From assembly GCA_025558095.1 (NCBI GenBank), contig JAIVFI010000029.1, forward strand, positions 530,753 to 594,752: a stretch of 64,000 nt of DNA, given 5' to 3'. Under the pieces are notes generated by a model, which did no database searches, was not told the origin of the DNA, and saw nothing but the letters and a program-made list of their open reading frames with translations. The first letter of the stretch is position 1, and each line of letters starts with the position of its first letter. Positions 47,987 to 57,154 of the stretch are shown piece after piece. Origin of the DNA: Hyaloraphidium curvatum SAG 235-1. Taxonomy: Eukaryota; Fungi; Monoblepharomycota. The position numbers were made by a program, and so were the translations under genes.

Positions 47987-49490
47987 CTGGCGTGGGTTTC
48001 ATGCGGACGACGGGGGCGTCGCGCGATGCCTCCGCCCGGGGCACAACCCCGCCAGCTCCGCCCGTGACCGTCCGCTGCACGGAATGGGGTCCAGGGACTT
48101 TTGGGTGGGCAGGATGGTGCCGCGATCGTGCTGTGGAGATCATCGCCGGTGCCGGTTGGCGCCGGCGCGTCCGAGCTGCGGTCGCGGCTCCAGACTCGGT
48201 TCCCCGTGGCGACTGGTGCTGCCGTCCTTGAGTTACGGGTGCCAATCCTGGCGGCAGCGATCGGAAGGCGTCGTCTGGCACCAGCGTTGCAATGCCTTCC
48301 CGCCCAAGTCCGTTGGCCGCCGCCTGGCCAGATTCCAAGTCCAACGTCCCCATACCCGGTCCCGATGGCTGGTCTCGTCCACCGACGGCGACACTAAGAA
48401 CTGCATGGCCGCTGCGGCCTGCCCCGCAAAGCAGGCCGGAGATCGAGCTCTGTGCCACCGTCGGAGTGGTTTTGCCGATCGCGGGAACGCCATGTCCGAT
48501 GCTCGCAGACCGGTCCAGTGACTGACTTCCGGCTCTTTCGAATCGTCTCCCGATCGCGAAGTGACCGCGGCGGTGGTTTCCAAACGGATGAGCAGCCCTG
48601 GTCGCCAGAGTTGACTGGCGACCGTCCGCTCCGTGCAAGGACCACCGCCGCCTGTCCGCGCCCAGACGGAGTCCGAACAGTCGGGACCTCCCACGCAGCG
48701 ATCGCGCCGAGGAGGTGCTGGTGGGGCGTCAAGGCTCCAGATCGGCTGGGGGCTTCTCGCGACGCCCCCGCCGGTCGCCTTAGCCCCGCCAGCTCCTCCC
48801 GTCCCCGATGCGATGGTTCCGGTCCATGATTGCCGAAATAGTTGATGGTGACGGCGATGGCCCGGTTTCTCCAACAGGCGCTTCGTAGACGCCAGCACCC
48901 GTTCAAGGAATGTGCCAGATGCGGCCGTAGTTCTGGCGGCGGACCTTGAAGTAGCAGGGCTCGGCGTCTGCGTCGTCGACGCCGGTCCGCTCTCCGCCTG
49001 CAGCCCGCCGCCTAGCCCCCTCGGTCCGATCCCGCCGCCGTGGTTCTGGCGGCGGACCCTGAAGTAGCAGGGCTCGGCGTCTGCGTCGTCGACGCCGGTC
49101 CGCTCTCCGCATGAAGTCCGCCGCCTGGCCTCCTCGGTCCGACCCCGCCGAGTCCGACGACACTGTCCACCCACCCAATCCGCGTCCTCGCATCGCAGCG
49201 CCCATAAGCGGTCCTGGCCGTCCGGGCCGGTGCTGGCGGGGGGCATCAGAACTCATTCGGGGGTTCTTGCGACGTCCCCCGCAAGCCGATCAACACCGCC
49301 AGCTCCGCCGATGTGCCTCGCGTCAGGTGTGTCCAGTTTGTCACCCAGTTCGTCGATCCTGTTCTTTGCCGAGAAGAGTCCCGCGGATGCCGCGAGCGGA
49401 ACTGGGTGTCGTCGTTCGCCGGCACCGGTACCGTCCGGCACCGGCGTGCTGCATCTCCGTCCGCCCGCGGCCCCCTGCTCGAGCATCCGG
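47987..49490. repeat. Diverged direct repeat, copy 2
   Basis: Same blocks as copy 1 in the same order, with indels and an internal duplication. Confidence 0.85.
48930..49150. repeat. Two-unit tandem duplication (~110 bp) inside repeat copy 2
   Basis: TTCTGGCGGCGGACC(T/C)TGAAGTAGCAGGGCTCGGCGTCTGCGTCGTCGACGCCGGTCCGCTCTCCGC occurs at ~48931 and ~49044. Confidence 0.9.
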
Positions 49491-50406
49491 CACCGACGGT
49501 GGTCCAATATGACCTTCGCTGAAGAGGAGGCCGCCGATCGAAGCCCGGGGCCGCCGTCCATGGGGCGCGGGAACCGCGGGCTCCGTGAGGTCCGTCGGTG
49601 CCCCTCCGGCTCCTCAGCGGGCTTCGAAACCTTCAGCTGAATTCCGAAGCTGGCGGCGGGCACCAGGACACTCCCGTGGCGTCGACACTACGCCGACGCC
49701 CGTGCCCGAAGTCCTGCCCGCCGCCCGCGCCCCCTCGCTCCAGCTGCGTACGTCCAAGTTCCGTATGGTTTTCGATATCCGTGTGGACGACGCCGGCGGC
49801 CAAGCGAGGCGTGGCACCTCGCCGGCACCCCAGGGCGCCGGCGCGCAGGCCGCAGCGACCGCCGGCTCCCGCACCGGCAAAGTCAGTGGTAGAAAGCGCC
49901 GCCCTCGACGTCCGGCGGCCGCCTTCCTTTCGCAGATAGGCTCTTCGTCCACGGGTTTCTGACGACCAGCGTCCCTGGCGTCGGTGGGACTGGAGCTGGA
50001 AGCGCGGGGGTGATGACGCGGCGGTCCGTGAAGCCTTCCGGCCGCGCAAGGCTGCCGCATTCCCCTCTCGCATCATGTCCGCAGAAAACGCCAGACATGA
50101 GCTCAACACCTCCCGAAAACAATCTAGCTAGCTATCTACATCGGCTGGCTCGATCCGCCTGGGTAAGTATAAGTAGGCCTCTTCGTCCTCCTGGCCGCCG
50201 CCTACTCTCTCCCTCGAATCTTCCCTGCTACACTCTTGCCCGCCGGCATCGCGCTCGTCTCCCCGCCGCACCCACCTCCGCCTTCCACCACTGATGCACA
50301 AGCAGCACCCTCCGTGCCACGCAGTCCCTTAGGGACGCACCGACAAGGAGCAGGCCTCTGGCGACAAGAGCACGCCCCATTCTATTGAATCCACTCGAAA
50401 CGCGTC

Positions 50407-51261
50407 ATGGAGGACGATAGAAGGCAGTCTGCTCCGCTGGGCACCGCGGTGGTCACGTCGACCGGCTTCCTCGCTACGCACCTCGCCGCCCGCCTCCGTC
50501 GCCTGGGATTCCGCACGGTGCACACGACGCGGGACGACGTGCCGGCCATCCGGGATTTCCTAGTGCGCGAAGACCCCTCGCTGATCGTGCACTGCGCCGC
50601 GGCGCTCTCGGGGGAACCGCGGGGCATGTTCGACGCCAACGTGTCGCTCACGATGGAGGTGCTCGAACACTGCCGCCTCGCCTCGCCGCGGTGCCGCCTG
50701 ATCCACTTGGGCTCTTCGTCGGAATACGGCGCGCTTCCGGGGCCCAACAGGGGCACGGACCCGCTCGAACCGCGGACCGTCTACGAAGGCACGAAAGCAG
50801 CAGCCACGATGCTCGTCCGCGCGTGGTCCTCCACCTTCGGCTTCCCCGCGTGCGTCGTGCGCCCCTACTCCGTCTACGGTCCGGGGGACCGGCCCGAGCG
50901 GTTCACGCAGCTCCTCCTGCGCAGGCCCGCGAGGGTGCGGATCACGCCGGACGCGACGCACGACTGGATACACGTCGACGACTTCTGCGAGGCCGTCGCG
51001 CGCGTGGTGCTCGCCGCCAAACCGGGGTTCGACGTGGTGGACGTGGGAACGGGCGTCGCGACGACCAACGCCGGCCTCGTCGAAGCGTTTCAGCGGGTGC
51101 TCGGGTTTAAGTGCGAGGTCGACGGGTCGAGGCCGAGGAAGGAGGGGGACAGGGACAACTGGCTCGCGGACACGCGGCATTTGCAGGAAGAGTACGGATT
51201 CAGGGCGGGGATAGGGCTGGAGGAGGGGATCAGGAGGATGGCGCAGGCCGTCGAGACTTGA
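50407..51261 (+). CDS. NAD-dependent nucleotide-sugar epimerase/reductase (extended SDR), intronless
   Basis: Degenerate Gly-rich motif VTSTGFLA, IVHCAA, IHLGSSSEYG, YEGTK (YxxxK), RPYSVYGPG, DWIHVDD, LEEGI. Confidence 0.9.
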   Translation: MEDDRRQSAPLGTAVVTSTGFLATHLAARLRRLGFRTVHTTRDDVPAIRDFLVREDPSLIVHCAAALSGEPRGMFDANVSLTMEVLEHCRLASPRCRLIHLGSSSEYGALPGPNRGTDPLEPRTVYEGTKAAATMLVRAWSSTFGFPACVVRPYSVYGPGDRPERFTQLLLRRPARVRITPDATHDWIHVDDFCEAVARVVLAAKPGFDVVDVGTGVATTNAGLVEAFQRVLGFKCEVDGSRPRKEGDRDNWLADTRHLQEEYGFRAGIGLEEGIRRMAQAVET

Positions 51262-51667
51262 ATGGGGAAGATGGCCAGCCGAACAATAGATAGACCAGAA
51301 ACAAAAGATACAGCAGTCACATTGAACCCACCTCGCACCACGCCTGCCCCTCATATGTACCCTTACCGAGTCCATGTTGGAGATGGGACGCCCTCGCCCA
51401 CGCGGCGTCATCGGATGCGGAGTTGGATAGTGGCTTCATGGGCTTGGACCATGGGCACGGGCCACGAGCGCGGGCCAGGTTGGACCGTGGCCGCGCTCGG
51501 GCCGCAACGGATACATATTCGCGGTGTATTGGAGCGGAGTTCGATGACCGAAGACCTTTCCTGGAACCCCCGATGCGCGGCCCGCTAGCCCACACTCGTA
51601 CCTTGAGCGGCGTCGCCGCCCGTGGGACTCAGCCCCGCGGCGCGCTAATCTTCTACAGTACAAACCC

Positions 51668-53608
51668 TTACGCAGTCCACTTGAACCTTTTCCCCACCGC
51701 GGAGCAATCCCCATGGCACTTGTACCCCGCGTCGATGAACTTCACCGCCACGCGGAGCACCGCCACAATGGCCCTCTGCGCCCGGCGGACGAAAACCTTG
51801 GGGACCACGCCGATCCCGGCGGCGGGAACCGGCCGTCCCCGATAGAGGAGGTACTGGCGCATGAGCTCCTTCTGTAGGGGGTTCAGCTGGCGCCCGAGCT
51901 GCTATCAAGGCCGAAACGCACCAGATGCACGTTCATCTCCTTGCCCTTGGTCCGCGCGAGCTCGGCGAGGTCCTTGTCCGCGTGTTCCTCTTTCGAACGG
52001 CACCTCGGCGCAAATTCGGATCCCTGGAGATGGAGCAGGTCAGCGGTTGCGGGTCCGGTTTCCAGCGTCGGGACTCACCGGTTGAGTGAAGACCAGCTCA
52101 ATGAAGGCCGTGAGACCGGGGTAGCTCCCCTCGTCCCCCGGGACCGACACCGTTTCCTCCTCCGACTCTGCCTCGGGCTCCTCCGCCTCCGACTCCTCAT
52201 CACACGGCTCCTCGTCGTCGTCGTCGTTAGCCGGCGTCCGCGACGATCCCGGCGGCGACTGGGACTCGAGGCGGTAGCGGATGCCGTTATCGTCGCCATT
52301 CTCCGGCGACATCGTCCCGTTCGGGCCCACAACCTTGTAGACGACCTCCCCTGCCACGACGGAACATGAACCGCGACTCACATGTGCGGGCTCAAAAGGC
52401 ACCCACCGGTGGGGAGCTTGACTGGGGCCATCCTCTCCAGCGCCCAGAACTTTGTAGGCGCCGTCCGGTTCCGCTTGCTCTTCCTCTCTTGACCGTCTTC
52501 ATCCTCCGCAGGCTGAGTTCTCGGGCAATGAACCTCGTTGGTGTCCTTCCGTCGTTTTCTGAGCGGAACTGGCTCGTCCTCCTCCGATCCATCCTCCGAC
52601 ATGTCTTCCCCGCGGGACTCGAATGAGGTTGAGCTGCTGGCCCGGGAGCCGGTGCGTTTCGGCGGCCTCCCCCGACGCCGCTTCGTGGGCCGCGGAGGCT
52701 CCTCCGGCCACCCCCAATCGTCGCCGCCGGCATGTCCCGGGCTGTCGCCGCGGAATGAGCTGTCGCCGTTTCGCTGCCACCCGCGGCGTCCGGCGGGCGG
52801 CGTTGGCTCGTCCTCCTCCGATCCCTCCTCCAACCCTTCCTTCTCGCCGCCGTGAGCCGATGTCGGACTGGTGTCCCGGAATCCGTTGCCGAATAGCTGC
52901 GCCCTGCGCCCATCACGAAGCCGCACCGGCTGCCCCGCTTCCGAACCCCCGGCCAGGCCTTCTTCGTCGCCGCCCCCAACCCGTCCCCCCTCCTCCTCCT
53001 GCTCGCCACCCCGGGCCTGCGCGGCCCTGAAGCGGGCCTCGGGAGCAGGCTCCGGGCTCCAGCGAGGTGGAGCACCCATCCGATCCGCCGGCGAGTGGGC
53101 TTGGAGCGCCACGAGGCCCGAGATCTTCTCAATGAGCTCGGCATGACGCACCTCCAGGCCCTCGAGGCGAGCCACGCGCCCCTCGAGCGGTAGATCGGTG
53201 CCGGAGGGCGCACGTAGCAGCCCTTCACGTAGCAGCCCTTCGAGGCCGGCAACGCGGGCGGCGAGGCGCTCGAGGTCCTCCCGGGACGCAGTGGCTGCCT
53301 CGCGGCGTTTGGCTGCCTGGGCGGGCGCAGCCTGCGGCGCGTCGGCCGGCCTGAGGAGCGACGCGTGGAGCGGAAGCTCGACGTCGCCAACCCCCGCGAT
53401 CTCGACCAACGCCAGCTGCGCGATGGTCATGCGCCGCAGGTCAGGCCACGAGCTTTCCGCCGCCGGGCGAATGCGGCCGTGCATCCACGGCCCGGAGAGC
53501 GAATCCCGCGCCCGGACGCCGGCGCCAGGGGAAAGGCCGTGTGACGCGAGGGCGGAGCGGTACGCGTCCTCCGCCCGCGCCCTATCAGAAGCTCCAGGGT
53601 CATTCATT
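51668..53608 (-). CDS. Hypothetical nuclear-type protein with coiled coil, AT-hook-like motif and acidic tracts, multi-exon
   Basis: Long first exon containing KRRRGRPPKR and a repeated GSEEDEP; GT..CAG introns link it to the acidic ORF 52040-52402 and to 51668-51862. The 3' end is uncertain. Confidence 0.5.
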
Positions 53609-53745
53609 GCCGGCAGCCGCACGCCGAGATGCGATGGTGCGGGCGTGCCGTCCCCCGAAGGGACTGACGTGACTTCGATACAGGCAGGACGGGTCCTAGC
53701 CCCGTGTCGCCGGCGGAAGCAACTCTTCGTCTACCCCACCGCGCC

Positions 53746-55569
53746 TCACACCCTCCGCCAACCCCCCTTCCCCTCCAGCCTCGGCGCCGGCGGCACCGGC
53801 AGCCCCAACCCGCCAACATCCACCGCCGGGCTCATGTTGTCCAGCCCGTTCCCGAACTCCACCTTGGGCGCGATCGCCTGCTCCGGGTGCACGACCACCT
53901 CGAGCAGCCCCGGTCCCTCTTGCGCGAAGAAGCCTTCGACCTCAGAGGGCGGGGTGGTGGGGAGCACGCGCAGGGAAGGGAGGCCGTATGCCGCGGCGAT
54001 GGCGGCGAAGTCGGGAGCGCCGCAGTCCCCGTAGAGGTCCCCCGCCCCCGTCCCGGCGCGGCGGCCGCCCAGGTAGCTGTCCTGGAACCCGGCGATGATC
54101 CCGTACCCCGCGTTGTTCACCACCACCACCTTCAGGTCCGGCGAGAGCCTCCGGAGCGTGGCCAGCTCGCCGACGGTCTGCTGCATCCCGCCGTCGCCCA
54201 GCACCGCGACCACGTGCCTTCCCGGGCAGGCGACCGCCGACCCGAGAGCGGCGGCGAGCGCGTAGCCCATGGACGAGTTGGCCAGGGAGGAGTAGACGCG
54301 CTGCCCGGCGCGGGGAAGGAGGGACTGCATGCACCAGATGAGGGTGGCGCCGGTGTCGATCGCGACCGTGGCGTCGTTCGGCAGGGGGAGCGAGGAGAGG
54401 AACGCGTACGGCGAGACGCCGCCTTCCCGTGCAGCGCGGGGTTCGGCTGGGAGCTGCGCACGCCACGAGGCGACGGAGACGAGCCAGGGTGCGTGCTTGC
54501 CGGGGGGAAAGCGCGGGTCGCCTTCGGCGGGCATGGCGAGGGCGAGAAAACGCGAGGCGTCGCAGGCGACCGCGTGATCGAGGGCAACTCCGCGCTCCTG
54601 CAGCCGTGCGGGCTCTTCGGGGTCGATGTCCACCGCGATCTTCCTGCTGGCCTTGGAAAACAGCGAGAGGTTGCCGCCCGTCTGCCTTGTGTCCAGCCTC
54701 GCGCCGATGGCCAGCAGGAGGTCCGCGTTCTGCACCGCCAGGTTGGCCACGCGGTCGCCGTACACCCCGATCGCGCCAAGGTTGAGCGGGTCGTCGGCGG
54801 GGAGCACGTCGAAGGCGCCCCATGTGAGCACGGCGGGGCATCCCGTGCGTTTCAGGAAGGCGCGGGCGGCGGCGGCGGCGTCGCGGGCGCCGTTGCCCAG
54901 GATCACCACGGGGCGTTCTGCGCGTTGGAGGTGGATCGTGATTTCCGCGATGGGGAGGGGGTTCTCGGGCGCGGGCGGGAGCTCGAGGTCGTCGAGGTAT
55001 CCGGGGAAGCCGTCGAGCGGCGTCATCTGCACGTTGACGGGAAAGTCCAGCACGCTGGGCCCGCGGCGGCCGGTCATTGCGGAGACCATCGCCTTGTGGA
55101 GCTGCGTCACCACTTCGTCCGGCGACGCGAGGTGCGCGGCGTGCTTGGCGAACTGGCCGAACGCCTCGACGACGGGCATCTCCTGGAAGCCGACCTGCCG
55201 CGGGCGCGCAGTCACCGCCCGCAGCGACTCCTTGACGTTGACCTGGCCGGTCAGCAGCAGCGCGGGGACCGAGTCGTAGAACAGCCCGCACAGGCCGTTC
55301 AGCGCGTTCTGCACGCCGGGGCCCGACGTGACGGCGACGCAGGCGGGTTTGCCGCACGCCCGGAAGTACCCGTCGGCGGCGTCGGCGGCCGCGTGCTCGT
55401 GCTGGAAACAAACGAGGTGCGCCCGCGGGTTGCGCGCCACGGCGTCGACGAACGGCGCGATGGCGCCGCCTTGGAGGACAAAGAAGGTGTCGACGCCCCA
55501 CCGCACGAGCTGCTCCACCACGAACTCGCAGGCCAGCGGCGGCGCATCGCCGGGCTCGCTGAGAGGCAT
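53746..55569 (-). CDS. TPP-dependent acetolactate-synthase-like enzyme, YerE-like, intronless
   Basis: FVLQGGA, HEHAAADAADGY, VTSGPG, DSVP..LTGQV, RQVGFQE, GPSVLDFPVNVQ, IGARLD, SMGYAL, GDGG..NN TPP motif; no mitochondrial presequence. Confidence 0.88.
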   Translation of the reverse strand: MPLSEPGDAPPLACEFVVEQLVRWGVDTFFVLQGGAIAPFVDAVARNPRAHLVCFQHEHAAADAADGYFRACGKPACVAVTSGPGVQNALNGLCGLFYDSVPALLLTGQVNVKESLRAVTARPRQVGFQEMPVVEAFGQFAKHAAHLASPDEVVTQLHKAMVSAMTGRRGPSVLDFPVNVQMTPLDGFPGYLDDLELPPAPENPLPIAEITIHLQRAERPVVILGNGARDAAAAARAFLKRTGCPAVLTWGAFDVLPADDPLNLGAIGVYGDRVANLAVQNADLLLAIGARLDTRQTGGNLSLFSKASRKIAVDIDPEEPARLQERGVALDHAVACDASRFLALAMPAEGDPRFPPGKHAPWLVSVASWRAQLPAEPRAAREGGVSPYAFLSSLPLPNDATVAIDTGATLIWCMQSLLPRAGQRVYSSLANSSMGYALAAALGSAVACPGRHVVAVLGDGGMQQTVGELATLRRLSPDLKVVVVNNAGYGIIAGFQDSYLGGRRAGTGAGDLYGDCGAPDFAAIAAAYGLPSLRVLPTTPPSEVEGFFAQEGPGLLEVVVHPEQAIAPKVEFGNGLDNMSPAVDVGGLGLPVPPAPRLEGKGGWRRV

Positions 55570-55758
55570 CGCAGCGGCGTGCGGGGAGGAGAGAAGCTGA
55601 CTGCGGCGGCCCCTGTCCTCAATGGGGGACGCCCCAGCCACCCCGCTCGCGGCACCGGGGACACAGACCAAGGCCTCGCTCCCGCAGCCGGCGTCTGTCC
55701 CGCAGCTAGCCTGCGGGTTCCTTGCTTTAGGCGCGCAGTCGGCTGCCCCGTTCCCGCG
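55570..55758. promoter_or_regulatory. Probable bidirectional promoter shared by the TPP enzyme and the dehydratase
   Basis: Only 189 bp separate the divergent ATGs at 55569 and 55759. Confidence 0.5.
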
Positions 55759-57051
55759 ATGGCGCCGCACGACGGCCCCCCGTCCCCGGCTGACTCGACC
55801 GCGGCGGCAACCGCCGAGCACTTCCTGCCGCCGGCGCCCGCCGCCGCCGCCCCGAAACCGCCCTTCCGCCGCGTGTGGTACGCCCCCAACGGCTTCCAGG
55901 CCTACGGCGACGCCGAAATCGACGCCGTCGTGGCGTCCCTCAAGGCAGGCTGGATCGCGGGGACGGGCCCCGCCTCGCAGGAGTTCGAGCACCGCACCGC
56001 CGCGCTATTCGGCCACGACCATGGCTTGCTGGTTAATTCGGGGTCGTCGGCGAACCTGCTCGCGCTCGCGGCGCTGGACCTCCCGAAAGGCGCTGGCGTC
56101 GTGACCCCGGCATGCACGTTTGCGACAACGGTGGCGCCCATCGTTCAGCTGGGGCTCACTCCCCAATTCTGCGACGTGGATCCCGCCACCATCGTACCCA
56201 CCCTCGACATGATCCTCTCGCGGGTCACCGCAGACACCCGCGCGATCATGCTCCCCAACCTGAACGGCTTCCTCCCCCCCTTCCCCGCCCTCCGCGCCGC
56301 CCTCCTCTCCGTCAACCGATCGGACATCTTCCTGATCGAAGACTCGGCCGACACCCTCGGCCACCCCCCGCAGGGCGCCGACGCCAGCACCACCTCGTTC
56401 TACGCCTCGCACGTGTGCACGGCGATGGGGTCAGGGGGGATGGCGACCTTTGCGAGGGCGGAGCACCGCGCGCGGGCGGCGATGCTGCGGGACTGGGGCC
56501 GCGCGGGGGACGACAGGGAGGACTTTGACTCCCGCTTCGGCGGGGAGGGGATCGACGGCATTCCCTACGACCAGAAGTTCCTCTACCTGGAGCCGGGATA
56601 CAACATGCGCTCGAGCGAGGCCAACGCCGCCTTCGGCCTCGTGCAGCTCGCCCGGCTCCCCGCCAACCTCGGACGCCGCCGCGCCAACTTCTCCCGCTAC
56701 ATGCAGCGGCTCGCCCCCCTCGCCGCACGCGGCCTGATCGCCCTCCCCCCCGCGGACCCCGGCGCGAACCTCCTCGCCATGTACCTCCGCGTCCCCGGCC
56801 CCGGCGTCCGCGTGCGCCTCCTCGCGCACCTCGAATCCCGCGGCGTGCAGACCCGCGTGTGCTTCAGCGGCAACGTCACGCGGCACCCGGCCTTCAGGCG
56901 GTACCTGGAGCCGTTCGAGGGGGCGGATGCGGTGATGCGGGAGGGGTTCCTCGTGGGGTGCCACCACGGGATGGGGGAGGAGGAGGTGGATTGGGTCTGC
57001 GGCGCGATCGAGGGCTTTTTCAAGGAGGAAGATGGGGCCAAGGAGGGGTGA
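55759..57051 (+). CDS. DegT/DnrJ-fold PLP enzyme, NDP-4-keto-6-deoxyhexose 3-dehydratase type (DdhC/RfbH/ColD-like), intronless
   Basis: VNSGSSANLLA, TPACTFATT..P, IEDSAD, SFYASH (His at the catalytic Lys position), RDWGR, YDQKF..GYN, QTR..FSGNVTRHPA. Confidence 0.88.
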   Translation: MAPHDGPPSPADSTAAATAEHFLPPAPAAAAPKPPFRRVWYAPNGFQAYGDAEIDAVVASLKAGWIAGTGPASQEFEHRTAALFGHDHGLLVNSGSSANLLALAALDLPKGAGVVTPACTFATTVAPIVQLGLTPQFCDVDPATIVPTLDMILSRVTADTRAIMLPNLNGFLPPFPALRAALLSVNRSDIFLIEDSADTLGHPPQGADASTTSFYASHVCTAMGSGGMATFARAEHRARAAMLRDWGRAGDDREDFDSRFGGEGIDGIPYDQKFLYLEPGYNMRSSEANAAFGLVQLARLPANLGRRRANFSRYMQRLAPLAARGLIALPPADPGANLLAMYLRVPGPGVRVRLLAHLESRGVQTRVCFSGNVTRHPAFRRYLEPFEGADAVMREGFLVGCHHGMGEEEVDWVCGAIEGFFKEEDGAKEG

Positions 57052-57154
57052 TCGCGGCCGCGTAACGACGTGCTTCGGGGAGTAGACGGATGGAAATGCA
57101 CAGGGACTTTGGGCACACGGTCGCTTTCGTCGTCTTCGGATCTATGGGCTCGGG

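Noticed and set aside
43981-49490. LTR retrotransposon
   Set aside because: No gag/pol between the repeats, and no TG..CA ends, primer-binding site or polypurine tract identified.
53746-55569. Housekeeping acetolactate synthase ILV2
   Set aside because: No mitochondrial presequence, RQVGFQE rather than the IGTDAFQE signature, and a sugar-pathway context.
53704-55758. 1115-aa ORF suggesting a giant fusion to the dehydratase
   Set aside because: The N-terminal part is the antisense shadow of the TPP gene; the real start is ATG 55759.
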